Of a stretch of DNA of 40,265 bases, positions 8,503-18,408 are shown piece after piece; within the stretch, counting starts at the first letter, position 1; each line of letters begins with the position of its first letter. Source of the stretch: Promethearchaeota archaeon (GTDB taxonomy: Archaea; Asgardarchaeota; Lokiarchaeia; Sigyniarchaeales; SOKP01); NCBI GenBank assembly GCA_016839765.1, contig JAEOTP010000078.1, forward strand, positions 1 to 40,265. Reading direction: 5' to 3'. Both the position numbers and the translations under genes were made by a program. The notes below the pieces were generated by a model. The model saw nothing but the letters and a program-made list of their open reading frames with translations. It searched no databases and was not told the DNA's origin.

Positions 8503-9909
8503 ATGCCTAAATCAAAAGAAAAAGTCAGTTTCAATCGCGTCTTTTGGCCTCTATATTTACTAAACGGTTTTCAAAGTATCGCATATGGAGCAATTATCGT
8601 TTTAGTAGTGCCTCTTGCTCTTATTATTTGGCCAAATGATTCAGCAGATATTCATGCTTTAGAAATGGGAATATTATATACTACTTTATCATGGTCTTCG
8701 TCTTTTGCAGGATTGCTTTTCGGCAGACTTATTGATAAGTATTCACGTAAAAAGATTATTATTGTCATTTCAATTTTTCGTGGAATATCAATGTTTTTAT
8801 TAGGATTTGCTGTTTATGGTGGTGAAGTCAATACATGGTGGTATTTCTTTATATTTATTGCTCTTTTTGGGTTTTTTGCAGGGGGCTCGTGGCCAGCTAT
8901 TAATTCATTATCCAATGATGTTGTAGCCCAGGATCGACGTTCTCGTTTTTTTGGCGTATATCAAATAATACTTAACACTACTAATATAATAGGTTGGCTA
9001 ATAGCAACCCTTTTAGTCCAAAATGGTTTTTGGAGAGAATTTTTTTGGGGTATAGGTGCTTCCATTCTTCTTGGGGGCTTAATTTTTGCTATTCAAAATG
9101 AAGAGCCAAAAAGAGGTGCTCAACAAGAGGAATTATATCATGTACTCCAAGACGATTCCATAGAGTATGATTTTCAGATTAATAGAGAAATGATGCGCAA
9201 AACAATGCTTAGTAAGACTAATTCTGTGGCTCTCATTGAAGGAATTTTTACGTGTATTCTTATGAGCAGTCTAAACTTTCTAATATTGATCTATATCCAA
9301 AACCCTCCGTACAATCTCGCACCATTTTCAATAGGGGTTTTTATGGTTGTTTTTGGCTTAACAGGAGGGCTCGTAGGTCAGATATTTTTATCAAGGATCA
9401 GTGACAAGATTGCTGTAAAAGATCCAGTAAAAAGATTACCTATCATTGTAATTTCTATAATTGGGGGCTTGGTAACTTTTGCTCTCTTCTTTTTCATACC
9501 TTGGGTTCCCTTAACAAAAGAACAGGGGAAAAATATTCTTTTTATAATGACAATACCCACGATGTGGGTTATGGGAGCACTCTTTTTTACTTCAAGGTCT
9601 ATTTTTTCATTATATATCGTAAATCAGAGTCCTGTTATTCAACAAATTAATTTACCTGAAGCACAAGGTCAAATTGTTTCATGGAATCAATTTTTAGAAC
9701 AATTTGGGAGAGGAATTGGACCTTTGTTATGTGGGGGTCTATTGCTTTTTACAGGCACAAATTATAAAATAACAGTAGTAGTAGTTATTTTATGTATTAT
9801 ACCAGGAGTGATACTATGGCTTCTGGCAATAAAATGGTTTCCAAAAGATAGAACTCAAATTAAAACCATTTTAAAAGAAAGAGCTGAATTACTCAAATCT
9901 CGAAAATAG
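8503..9909 (+). CDS. MFS transporter, Spinster-like
   Basis: Motif A GRLIDKYSRKK, WR-x-x-F, and EPKRG after TM6; about 12 TM segments. Confidence 0.85.
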   Translation: MPKSKEKVSFNRVFWPLYLLNGFQSIAYGAIIVLVVPLALIIWPNDSADIHALEMGILYTTLSWSSSFAGLLFGRLIDKYSRKKIIIVISIFRGISMFLLGFAVYGGEVNTWWYFFIFIALFGFFAGGSWPAINSLSNDVVAQDRRSRFFGVYQIILNTTNIIGWLIATLLVQNGFWREFFWGIGASILLGGLIFAIQNEEPKRGAQQEELYHVLQDDSIEYDFQINREMMRKTMLSKTNSVALIEGIFTCILMSSLNFLILIYIQNPPYNLAPFSIGVFMVVFGLTGGLVGQIFLSRISDKIAVKDPVKRLPIIVISIIGGLVTFALFFFIPWVPLTKEQGKNILFIMTIPTMWVMGALFFTSRSIFSLYIVNQSPVIQQINLPEAQGQIVSWNQFLEQFGRGIGPLLCGGLLLFTGTNYKITVVVVILCIIPGVILWLLAIKWFPKDRTQIKTILKERAELLKSRK

Positions 9910-10019
9910 CACTATTTAATATCAATTTGTTTAATATCAATTCTAATCGCAGTAAGTATTAGTGGGGCTAATATTAAAACAAAAGAATTATTTAAAAGAT
10001 TAAAAAAATATTATTTTTT

Positions 10020-11702
10020 TTAATTTTTTCTCTTTTTCTGTAATTTTTCGCGCATAACTCGTCTTAAAACTTTGCCAACGGCGCTCTTTGGTAAGGATCG
10101 TACAAATTTTATAATTCTAGGGTATTTATAGGCTGCCATATTATCTTTAGTCCAATTAATTATTTCTTGCTCTGTAATTTTACTTTTATACTCAGGTTTA
10201 AGAATGATATGTGCCACGATCTCTTCACCTTTTATGGGATCTGGGACTCCAAATACAGAACATTCTAAAATTGCTGGATGTTCATATAGTATCTCTTCGA
10301 TTTCTCTAGGATAAACACTGTGCCCTTTATATTTTATCATGTCTTTAACACGATCAAGTATAAAAATATAACCTTCCTCGTCAAGTTTCGCATAATCTCC
10401 TGTTCGAAACCATCTATAGCCTCCTGCTTCAAAGAGTACCATTTTGTTCTCCTTTGGTCTATTATGATATCCTAACATAACTTGGGGTCCCGAGACAACT
10501 AATTCTCCAGGTTCTCCAATTTGCAGAAAATTTAAATTTTCATCAATAATTCCCACTAATGTATTTGCTACAGGGTGACCGCAACTACCATATTTTTTCC
10601 TTGCCCAGGGTGGAGAATTTGTAACCGTCGGACTTGTTTCACTTAGGCCATACCCTTCTCCCAGCTCAAAACCAGTTTTTTCCTTCCATGCTTTAAAGAT
10701 TTCAGCAGGTAAAGATCCGGCTCCAACATTAGCATATTTTAAGCTACTAAAATCAACATCCTTGCTTCCAGGATAATTTAGAAGATTTATAAACATGGTA
10801 GGAACTCCAAGCATTAAATTGGCTTTATATTTTTCTATTATCTCTAGAATTTTGGGAATATCGAAAGTGGCTAACACATAACCCTTCGAACCGATTAGAG
10901 GTGATTGAGCGAGTTCGCAAGTCTGTCCATATATATGATACCAGGGTAGTATAGATAAATTTATAAAATCTTCTTTTATGTATTCATCTTTCATATAATT
11001 GGTAATTTGCATCATTTGATACATATTTGCGATTATATTATAATGTGATAAACAAGCACCCTTTGGAAGCCCTGTAGTTCCTCCCGTATATTGGATAACA
11101 GCAATATCTTTCTTAGGATCAATTCCTATGCCTAATTTTGAGTCTGTAAGAGGTTCGGGATTTTGTTCCATTACCGTATTAAAATGGATAACTTTCTCGT
11201 TTTCTGGGATATCTGGAACTTTTCCCTCAACATTTACAACTATTACTTTTTTTAAATTTAATTTATCCTGTACACGTTCATATTGACTAAAAAACCTGTC
11301 AATCATAATTAAAAAAGATGCTCCAGAATCTTCGAGTTGATATAAGACTTCACGTGCTACAAACAAAGGACTTAAAGCTGTTATGGTTGCTCCAAGACTT
11401 AGAGCAGCAAAATATGCAAAACTGAAATATGGTCCGTTTGGCAACCAAATTGCAACCACATCACCTTTTTTGACTCCTAAATCATATAACCCACTAGCAA
11501 ATCTCCTTGTTAGAAGATCCATCTCATTAAATGTAAATTCTCTTCCATAATAATCCATAGATACCTTATCCCCAAATTGCTCAGCACCATTTCTGAAAAT
11601 ATCCAAAAGAGAGATGTCTTCAGGAATGTCTATTTCTAAGGTTATACCAGGAGGTAAATGATCTTTCCAATAACGATTTTTTATATAATCCGGAAGTTCC
11701 AT
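10020..11702 (-). CDS. fadD: Long-chain fatty acid--CoA ligase (FadD-like)
   Basis: YTGGTTGLPKG, EGYGLSETSP, GELVVSGPQVMLGY, FRTGD, DRVKDMIK and LPKSAVGKVLRR motifs. Confidence 0.9.
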   Translation of the reverse strand: MELPDYIKNRYWKDHLPPGITLEIDIPEDISLLDIFRNGAEQFGDKVSMDYYGREFTFNEMDLLTRRFASGLYDLGVKKGDVVAIWLPNGPYFSFAYFAALSLGATITALSPLFVAREVLYQLEDSGASFLIMIDRFFSQYERVQDKLNLKKVIVVNVEGKVPDIPENEKVIHFNTVMEQNPEPLTDSKLGIGIDPKKDIAVIQYTGGTTGLPKGACLSHYNIIANMYQMMQITNYMKDEYIKEDFINLSILPWYHIYGQTCELAQSPLIGSKGYVLATFDIPKILEIIEKYKANLMLGVPTMFINLLNYPGSKDVDFSSLKYANVGAGSLPAEIFKAWKEKTGFELGEGYGLSETSPTVTNSPPWARKKYGSCGHPVANTLVGIIDENLNFLQIGEPGELVVSGPQVMLGYHNRPKENKMVLFEAGGYRWFRTGDYAKLDEEGYIFILDRVKDMIKYKGHSVYPREIEEILYEHPAILECSVFGVPDPIKGEEIVAHIILKPEYKSKITEQEIINWTKDNMAAYKYPRIIKFVRSLPKSAVGKVLRRVMREKLQKKRKN

Positions 11703-11912
11703 AATAATTCATTTTAAATTTTAATAACTAATTGAGATGTTTTCAAATATAAATGTTGATGTTTTTATTCTTCTATTTCTTTTTTATGAGAATTACTCAT
11801 TTTCGGGTTAATTTAATAATGTAGAAAGGTTTAATATCTTCTATTAATTATTTAGAAATATTGAAGTAGAGTTCTTTTTTTTATGTGAAAATATATTTAT
11901 AAATAACTCCAT

Positions 11913-13541
11913 TTGGTTAATAAAATGAAACCTATGCATGAATTGGGAGTCCGAGTGCCCACTAAACGCTCTTTAATTATTCGAAACATTAAAGAAGTAA
12001 CTAAAGAGCAGAGAGAACATGCTTTAAGGAAGACAGAATACAGTATGTTTTCTTTTCCTGCGGATATGTTGGTGCTAGACTTCCTTTCCGATAGTGGGAC
12101 ATCTACTATGACAGATTTACAATGGTCATCTTTATTTCATGGTGATGAATCATATGGACGCAATAAGGGATATTATGTTCTCTTGGACGCTATAAGAGAT
12201 ACATTTGAAAGAGGAAATAATCCAAAAAAAGTTATTGATCTAATACTTTCAGGAGAAACAAATATTGAAAAATTAATGAACGAGCTTTATCTTGCTTCAT
12301 ATGAAAATGGTTTTGTTAATGGGGGTATCCATCAATTAACTCGACCTAATGCTTTTTTAGTACCCCAAGGCCGATGCGCAGAATATCTATTGTTTTCAAC
12401 AATTGCTCCCCTTTTAAGAAAGAAAAATCGAGAAGCTGAATTTTATATTCCTAACAATGGTCATTTTGATACTACTGAAGCAAATATATCTGCTAATGGA
12501 ATTAATCCCGTAAATATATTTTCAAACGATTTGTTTGAGGATTTTCCACCTAATCAAATGGATATTAGAAATCCATTTAAAGGGAATATGGAAATTCAAG
12601 AATTGAAATCCTTTATTCAAGAAAAAGGATCTAATAAAATACCTTTAATTTATTTAACCCTTACAAATAATACTGCTGCAGGCCAACCAGTTTCTCTAAA
12701 CAATATTAAGGATGTTAGCCAAATTGCCAAGAAATCTGATATTCCTTTATTTTTTGACGCTTGTCGCTTTGCTGAAAATGCGATTTTTATTAAAAATTTT
12801 GAAGCAGGTTACCAAAAAAAAACCATTCCAACTATTATCCAAGAAATGTTTTCTTATGCTGATGGATTTACAATTAGCTTTAAAAAAGATGGTTTGGCAA
12901 ATATAGGAGGGGGATTATTTTTTAGAGATAATGGAGTTTTCCATCAAAAATTTTCAATTGATAGTGATATTGGAATAAAGTTGAAAGAAAAACAAATTCT
13001 TACTTTTGGAAATGATTCATATGGAGGATTATCAGGACGAGATATATTTACCATTGCGACAGGTTTATATGAAATTATAAAAGAACCGTACTTAAATGAG
13101 AGGATTTACCAAGTAAGAGAGTTTGCAGTAAAATTAGCTAATAATGGAATCCCCGTTATACTTCCCGCAGGAGGTCATGCGGTTTATCTTAATATGGACA
13201 AATTTTTTAAAGGATCTGATATGAAAATCGATGATTTTGGTGGAGTTGGATTAACTATTGAATTAATTAGGCACTATGGTATCAGAGCTGCTGAATTAGG
13301 ACCATTTGCATTTGAATGGGAAAATAAAACGCCAGAAGAACGGAAAGGAATTTTAAATTTAGTTCGATTTGCGGTGCCTCGAAACGTCTATGATTCTTCA
13401 CATATCGATTATGCTGTTGCAGCAATTAAGGAATTATATGAGAATCGAGATAAAATCCCTAAAGTTAGAGTTTCTCGTGGTGCTAAGTTACGGCTACGCC
13501 ATTTTCAATCTGGACTTCAACCAATTTATAATAATCTATAA
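11913..13541 (+). CDS. tnaA: Tryptophanase-type PLP beta-eliminating lyase, long form
   Basis: DFLSDSGT, GDESY, QGR, HFDTT, TNNTAAGQPVS, SFKKDG (PLP Lys), YGGLSGRD, GGHAVY. ELG and LRHF match tryptophanase rather than tyrosine phenol-lyase (ERG, LRFF). Start may be ATG 11925. Confidence 0.8.
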   Translation: MVNKMKPMHELGVRVPTKRSLIIRNIKEVTKEQREHALRKTEYSMFSFPADMLVLDFLSDSGTSTMTDLQWSSLFHGDESYGRNKGYYVLLDAIRDTFERGNNPKKVIDLILSGETNIEKLMNELYLASYENGFVNGGIHQLTRPNAFLVPQGRCAEYLLFSTIAPLLRKKNREAEFYIPNNGHFDTTEANISANGINPVNIFSNDLFEDFPPNQMDIRNPFKGNMEIQELKSFIQEKGSNKIPLIYLTLTNNTAAGQPVSLNNIKDVSQIAKKSDIPLFFDACRFAENAIFIKNFEAGYQKKTIPTIIQEMFSYADGFTISFKKDGLANIGGGLFFRDNGVFHQKFSIDSDIGIKLKEKQILTFGNDSYGGLSGRDIFTIATGLYEIIKEPYLNERIYQVREFAVKLANNGIPVILPAGGHAVYLNMDKFFKGSDMKIDDFGGVGLTIELIRHYGIRAAELGPFAFEWENKTPEERKGILNLVRFAVPRNVYDSSHIDYAVAAIKELYENRDKIPKVRVSRGAKLRLRHFQSGLQPIYNNL

Positions 13542-13685
13542 TTTATATTTATTAAGAAATTATTCAGAGAGTCTTTTTTTCATCGCATTTACTTATTTGT
13601 AAAAAAAATATTTGTTCTTTTTACAAGAACATACAAAACATTTAATTAACTAAATTTAAAATAGAAAGAAATCGATTTTAATAAT

Positions 13686-14357
13686 ATGGATACTACTCAA
13701 CATTTTATAATGGTTTGGATCATTTCTATTGAAATCCTAATCTTAGCATTATTTACGATTAGCACATTGGTTAATTATTTTAAGCATAAAAAAAGAGCCG
13801 CTTTATACTTAGTTTTGAATTACATTTCGTTCGCAGTAGCAATGGCTTTCCACCTAATCGGACATTATGATTCAGTGACTAGTGGTAATACTACTGATTT
13901 TTATAACGACGCAAGTATGTATGGAAAAGTATTTATTGTTGCAGGAATTCTTTTTAATCTCTTATTTCATGCTCAATTTACAGAAGTTAATAAAGTATGG
14001 AAATATATTCGAGAAGTTCTTGGAATAGTTTTGATGATCTGGATTTTGATGCCACCTAATTACACATATGGAGGGCGTTCAACTGTGATTATTACTTATA
14101 TGTTCATGGCAATCTACGGATTATTAATTAATTTATTCCTAGCTATTAGCTTTTTTAAAATGGGACGAAGAACAACAAAAAGACGGAAGGAGTTATATTC
14201 CCTTGGCTTAGGAGCGTTTACGTTTCTGATTTATTATATTTTAATGACCATTTACGGGATGACACAGTCATTTCTCGTTATGATTATAACCCAGGTAGAT
14301 TTATTCTTCGCACTCTTGTTCTATTTCATCGGAATCTATTTACCTAAATTAGAGTAA
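13686..14357 (+). CDS. Stand-alone 7TM membrane protein (paralog A)
   Basis: Seven hydrophobic helices; clear paralog of 15520..16209 (QH-x-IM-x-W, LYL-x-LNY-x-SF, FY-x-DASM, FIGIYLPK). Confidence 0.8.
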   Translation: MDTTQHFIMVWIISIEILILALFTISTLVNYFKHKKRAALYLVLNYISFAVAMAFHLIGHYDSVTSGNTTDFYNDASMYGKVFIVAGILFNLLFHAQFTEVNKVWKYIREVLGIVLMIWILMPPNYTYGGRSTVIITYMFMAIYGLLINLFLAISFFKMGRRTTKRRKELYSLGLGAFTFLIYYILMTIYGMTQSFLVMIITQVDLFFALLFYFIGIYLPKLE

Positions 14358-14443
14358 AATAAAATTTAATTTTTTTTTATATAATTACAAAAAAGGACCT
14401 TTCATTCGAATGTTATAAAAAAAAATTGATTTAATTATTAAAT

Positions 14444-15199
14444 CTAACGGTTTAACATGTTTTTATAATGGTAATAGAACGCTATTAAATATGCAATAGT
14501 TTTCGGTATCATAAAAAGTCCTGTTAGTGGAAATATTGCAACTAAGAATAGTGTAATACTATATGTAACATAAGAGACAACAAACCATATTGAAGCCATG
14601 TAATTTCCTTTATTTAGGTTAATATTAATCCCAGTAAATTCATTTTTCTCTGCTTTTGAATCTTTGAATAGTAAACTGATACTAAGAATTCCTATAATAT
14701 AGATTGGAATAGCAGTAATTATTCTAAAGTCAAATCCAAAATCTACAGTTGCATCTCCTTCAAACCAGTGATTAAAAGGTAAAAATATTAATACCAAGCG
14801 TAAAATGAATGCGCTATATAAGATTATAGTATATATTTTTATCTTAGATGGGATTGAATACTTATCTCCGTAAATATTAGACCATGCATGAAAAATAGCA
14901 ATATAAAAATAAGTCATTGTTAAACCAGAGATTATATATCCAGATCCTATGGCCAGGTTTGTAAATGATTCATCAGGACCTAAACCAGTAAAAAATACAT
15001 AAATACGAAATCCTAAATGAAAGAGATCTCCAAAACCTAGTAAAAAATAGGCTACGAAAGTCCACTTCCAAGCGTTATCTATTGGAATAGTTTTTCCTTT
15101 CTTAAATCTCTTTATAATTATTTTTATTAAAAATATCCAGATAATTACTAAATACGCAATGATGAATATTATTGAACCCATATTATCTTCCATTTGCAA
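14444..15199 (-). CDS. 7TM membrane protein with GDxFHL and MIPKT motifs (Lys in last helix)
   Basis: LLGFGDLFHL, TMTYFY, RLVL-x-x-LP-x-N-x-W and GLFMIPKTIAY, which I recognise from a conserved uncharacterised family in anaerobic bacteria. Start is likely ATG 15193 or 15181. Confidence 0.75.
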   Translation of the reverse strand: MQMEDNMGSIIFIIAYLVIIWIFLIKIIIKRFKKGKTIPIDNAWKWTFVAYFLLGFGDLFHLGFRIYVFFTGLGPDESFTNLAIGSGYIISGLTMTYFYIAIFHAWSNIYGDKYSIPSKIKIYTIILYSAFILRLVLIFLPFNHWFEGDATVDFGFDFRIITAIPIYIIGILSISLLFKDSKAEKNEFTGININLNKGNYMASIWFVVSYVTYSITLFLVAIFPLTGLFMIPKTIAYLIAFYYHYKNMLNR

Positions 15200-15519
15200 A
15201 GTTATAACCCCTATTTATATCAAAAGAAAGTCTGTTAATAATTTATTTTAATTTTTGAAATATATAATTAAAATTAAAATTACCGATTTGTAAAATTTAT
15301 ACAGAATTATCAAAATAAATAAGATTACATTAAAAAAGTAAGGGTATTTGACGTGCAGTAGAAAATAAAACTTATTTTTATCCTTAATTGAATTTTCTCG
15401 CGGGCTTATAGTACTTAGTAAAAATCAATTAAATAGTAAAGATAAGTATTAATTTATCCCGATTATCGCATATAACTAAAAAATAAAAATTTAAATAAAA
15501 CAAGTTTTCCACTATAATT

Positions 15520-16209
15520 ATGGAAGTATTTCAACATGAAATAATGCAATGGTTAACTTTAACCCTTATTTTAATATTGGGACTTTTTATGCTAAGCACT
15601 TTTATTAACTTTATTAGAAAGAAAAAGAAAGCAACATTATATTTAGCACTTAATTATTTATCCTTTATTGGAGCTTTAATTTTTTTCTATCTTGGGCATA
15701 TCGACGTAACCAATGCTGGAACCGTTACTAAATTCTATTTTGATGCTAGTATGATTGCCAACGCATTTGTAGTTGCTGGAATTCTTGTTATTATTCTTTT
15801 TCATGAACAATTTACCAAAATAAATAAAACTCGCAAATATATTGCCTTGATTTTAGGTATGATTCTAATAATTTGGATTTTTGTGCCACTTAATTATGAG
15901 GTGACAACTCCAGGAGAATTCCATGTAAAATATATAACTTATACTTTAATGACATTTTATGGAGCTCTGGTTTATGCTGCTTTATCTTATAGTTTTTTTA
16001 AATTAACAAGACTGGCTACTCAAAAGCGTGTACAACTCGCAGCATTAGGAATAGGTTCATTACTTTTTCTCGCATATTATATTAATATGACTGTCTACGG
16101 AATACTACAAGATTTTTTCTTAATGACTATAGGGATGATAATAATATTTGGTGCCTGCTTGTCATTGTTCATCGGGATCTATCTACCAAAATTTGTATCG
16201 AAGAAATAA
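15520..16209 (+). CDS. Stand-alone 7TM membrane protein (paralog B)
   Basis: Seven hydrophobic helices; paralog of 13686..14357. Confidence 0.8.
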   Translation: MEVFQHEIMQWLTLTLILILGLFMLSTFINFIRKKKKATLYLALNYLSFIGALIFFYLGHIDVTNAGTVTKFYFDASMIANAFVVAGILVIILFHEQFTKINKTRKYIALILGMILIIWIFVPLNYEVTTPGEFHVKYITYTLMTFYGALVYAALSYSFFKLTRLATQKRVQLAALGIGSLLFLAYYINMTVYGILQDFFLMTIGMIIIFGACLSLFIGIYLPKFVSKK

Positions 16210-16260
16210 CATAAATAGTAAAATCTTATATAAAAAGAATTAAATCAGTAATTTTACATC

Positions 16261-16269
16261 TTTTTTTTT
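16261..16269 (+). terminator. Oligo-T terminator
   Basis: T9 downstream of the stop at 16209. Confidence 0.4.
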
Positions 16270-16402
16270 ATAGTAAAATTCATTCGCAATACAAGGTTAC
16301 TATTTTATCATTGCTGAAAGCAACGTAATATTGTTCCTTATAATCGAACGTATTATAGATATATTAGGGAGGTTTTTATTTAGGTAAATCATAATCTCAA
16401 TT

Positions 16403-17275
16403 ATGGATGATAATGAATTTGTAAACATAAGAATTCTTGATAATTTCTATCAGACATCAAGTTTCTTCCCGATGCCGGTTGTATTAATAAGTACCATATC
16501 CGAATCTGGACAGATTAATCTTGGATCCTATTCTCTTTGTTTTCCGCATACAATATCAGAAAATCATTCAATGATTCTAACTACCCGTTCAAATAGCAAT
16601 ACAGCGGAGAATATTCGTCGTACAAAAGTATGTGCAATTAATTTTATTCCATATGATAAAAAGAGTTTGAAGAATTGTGTGTTATTAGGGTATCCTGGAG
16701 AAACTACTGAACAAAAAATGAAAAATAACAAGTTTACGCTTATCCCCTCTCAAAGGACAGAAGAGGAAAAAAAAGTTGGGGTTCGCTATCCAGATATAGT
16801 TCAGGAAGCATTTCAAGTGTTTGAATGTACATGGAATGATGAATATCCTATAATAAATAATGAAGAAACTCTTGAATGTCATTTTATCTTAAAGGTTGAT
16901 AAGATCCTTCTTAAAAATAAATGGAAAGAAAATATATTTAAAGGTAAGGGATTTCCAAGTATGCCTATTGATTTTGGATTTAGAGATAATATAAATTTTT
17001 GGTTTTGTAAAAACACTGATCCATATTCAGAGCAAATTCCAAAAGAAAAAGGAACTACCATAAATACTGTAATGTATGCTGCTAGAAGGATTGAACCTGA
17101 TATTGAATGGACTGAAGAGGCTTGTGAAAAGTTAATAAAAGTGCCGAGAATTTTTCTTAAAATGGCAATAAAAGGTTGCGTTGAAGCTGCTAAGGAAGAA
17201 GGTATAAAAATCATGACACCTGAATTCATGGATAAGATTAGAGACAAAAGATCTAAGGATAAGCAAGAGAAATAA
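16403..17275 (+). CDS. Flavin reductase-like (split barrel) protein with C-terminal PCP_red domain
   Basis: FPMPVVLIST...NLGSYS...SNTAENI...CAINF (flavin reductase fold) followed by WTEEACEKLIKVPRIFLKMAIKGCVEAAKEEGIKIMTPEFM (PCP_red pattern). Confidence 0.75.
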   Translation: MDDNEFVNIRILDNFYQTSSFFPMPVVLISTISESGQINLGSYSLCFPHTISENHSMILTTRSNSNTAENIRRTKVCAINFIPYDKKSLKNCVLLGYPGETTEQKMKNNKFTLIPSQRTEEEKKVGVRYPDIVQEAFQVFECTWNDEYPIINNEETLECHFILKVDKILLKNKWKENIFKGKGFPSMPIDFGFRDNINFWFCKNTDPYSEQIPKEKGTTINTVMYAARRIEPDIEWTEEACEKLIKVPRIFLKMAIKGCVEAAKEEGIKIMTPEFMDKIRDKRSKDKQEK

Positions 17276-17381
17276 CTTATAGTATAATTTGATTTTAAAT
17301 TTTTTCATTAATATATCTATTTTTTATCAATCAATTATTTCACTATTACATTAAATGAAAAATATTGAAAGAAAGATAACT

Positions 17382-17702
17382 CTAAATATCTAATCTCCTG
17401 AGTTTCTGAGATATATTTTTCCTTCTTAGAATCTTTATAAAATCGTTTTCTCTCTGCTTTAACCGGCTTAAAAAGGTATCAAGTTTGTCAAAGTTATTAA
17501 ACCAATGCTCTTCACCATTAACAATGATCTTTACTCCTTTTCTCTCATTATTGTTAATGATTGCATAAATACCTCCTATTTCAGAATCGTGTTTAATAAA
17601 GATTTTCTCTCCGCTTAAATCATTCCCTTTTTCATTTCCCTTTTTTGCCCAAAATTGATTCTTTAGAAGATAACTTCTATACATACTCATCTTATTACAC
17701 AC
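17382..17702 (-). CDS. Hypothetical protein
   Basis: 106-aa ORF filling an intergenic gap; no motif recognised; start uncertain. Confidence 0.5.
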   Translation of the reverse strand: MCNKMSMYRSYLLKNQFWAKKGNEKGNDLSGEKIFIKHDSEIGGIYAIINNNERKGVKIIVNGEEHWFNNFDKLDTFLSRLKQRENDFIKILRRKNISQKLRRLDI

Positions 17703-18120
17703 ACATCCTTTTTATTTTATTTGTATATATACTGTGGAGTCATCTTGATATATGGTCTTATGACCCCTTGAGTAGTATCCAAATAATATAAGATAAAGTC
17801 TAATTATAGAATAGTGTGTTATTGAGATTATACTTCGATATTACGTAAATTTCAATGTATTTGATTTAACTCCTCTCATATCACTTAGATAACTCATAAT
17901 CAAAAAAACTGATAATTTATATTTAAATCACAAAGTAAAATGGATAGAAGTGACTACTAAAAAAGAATTATTTGGGGTTATCTCAAAAAAATTTCCAGTG
18001 GAAGTTTGTTATATGGTAACGATATTTGGATGAAAAAGTCTGTTTTAAAAATATTAATTGATTACTATTTTTTGAGTTAATAGAAGAGGGACTGTGGGTT
18101 AAGGGAAGGTATTATTAAAA

Positions 18121-18408
18121 ATGATTAGTGAATGTGACTTTTATATGAATCTGTATGATGATTTCATTAAAACCAATAACATTAAGAACGAAAAAATCCT
18201 ATGGAAAATGAATTCCATCATAAAATTAATGAAACTCACAGAAGGAAGCGAAGAAGGAGAGTTTTGTGAAAGTGGCTTAAGAATGATTATGGTTCTCTTT
18301 AATAGTTATCAGTTTGATTCTTGTGATATTAAAAGTAAAGATTTTGATAATTCTTCAATCCAACAAAAAGAGATCGTTGTACACATTCTGAGAGAAGAAT
18401 TTATCTAA
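18121..18408 (+). CDS. Hypothetical acidic protein
   Basis: 95-aa ORF with GGAAGGT upstream; 8-bp tail-to-tail overlap with the PUA gene. Confidence 0.55.
   Translation: MISECDFYMNLYDDFIKTNNIKNEKILWKMNSIIKLMKLTEGSEEGEFCESGLRMIMVLFNSYQFDSCDIKSKDFDNSSIQQKEIVVHILREEFI

Noticed and set aside
11913-13541. Tyrosine phenol-lyase assignment
   Set aside because: Lacks the Tpl-specific Arg (ERG) and has LRHF rather than LRFF.
15435-15445. AGTAAAGATAA, identical to one arm of the 68-bp lipid element
   Set aside because: The partner arm, TATA spacing and second palindrome are missing, and an 11-bp AT-rich match can occur by chance.
13686-16209. Rhodopsin or GPCR call for the two paralogous 7TM proteins
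   Set aside because: No mid-helix-7 Lys (the K in YLPK follows the helix) and no DRY or NPxxY motifs; fold relationship cannot be judged by eye.
17703-18120. Possible ncRNA or leader peptide in a 418-bp divergent spacer
   Set aside because: Only very short ORFs and no convincing stem structure were found by eye.
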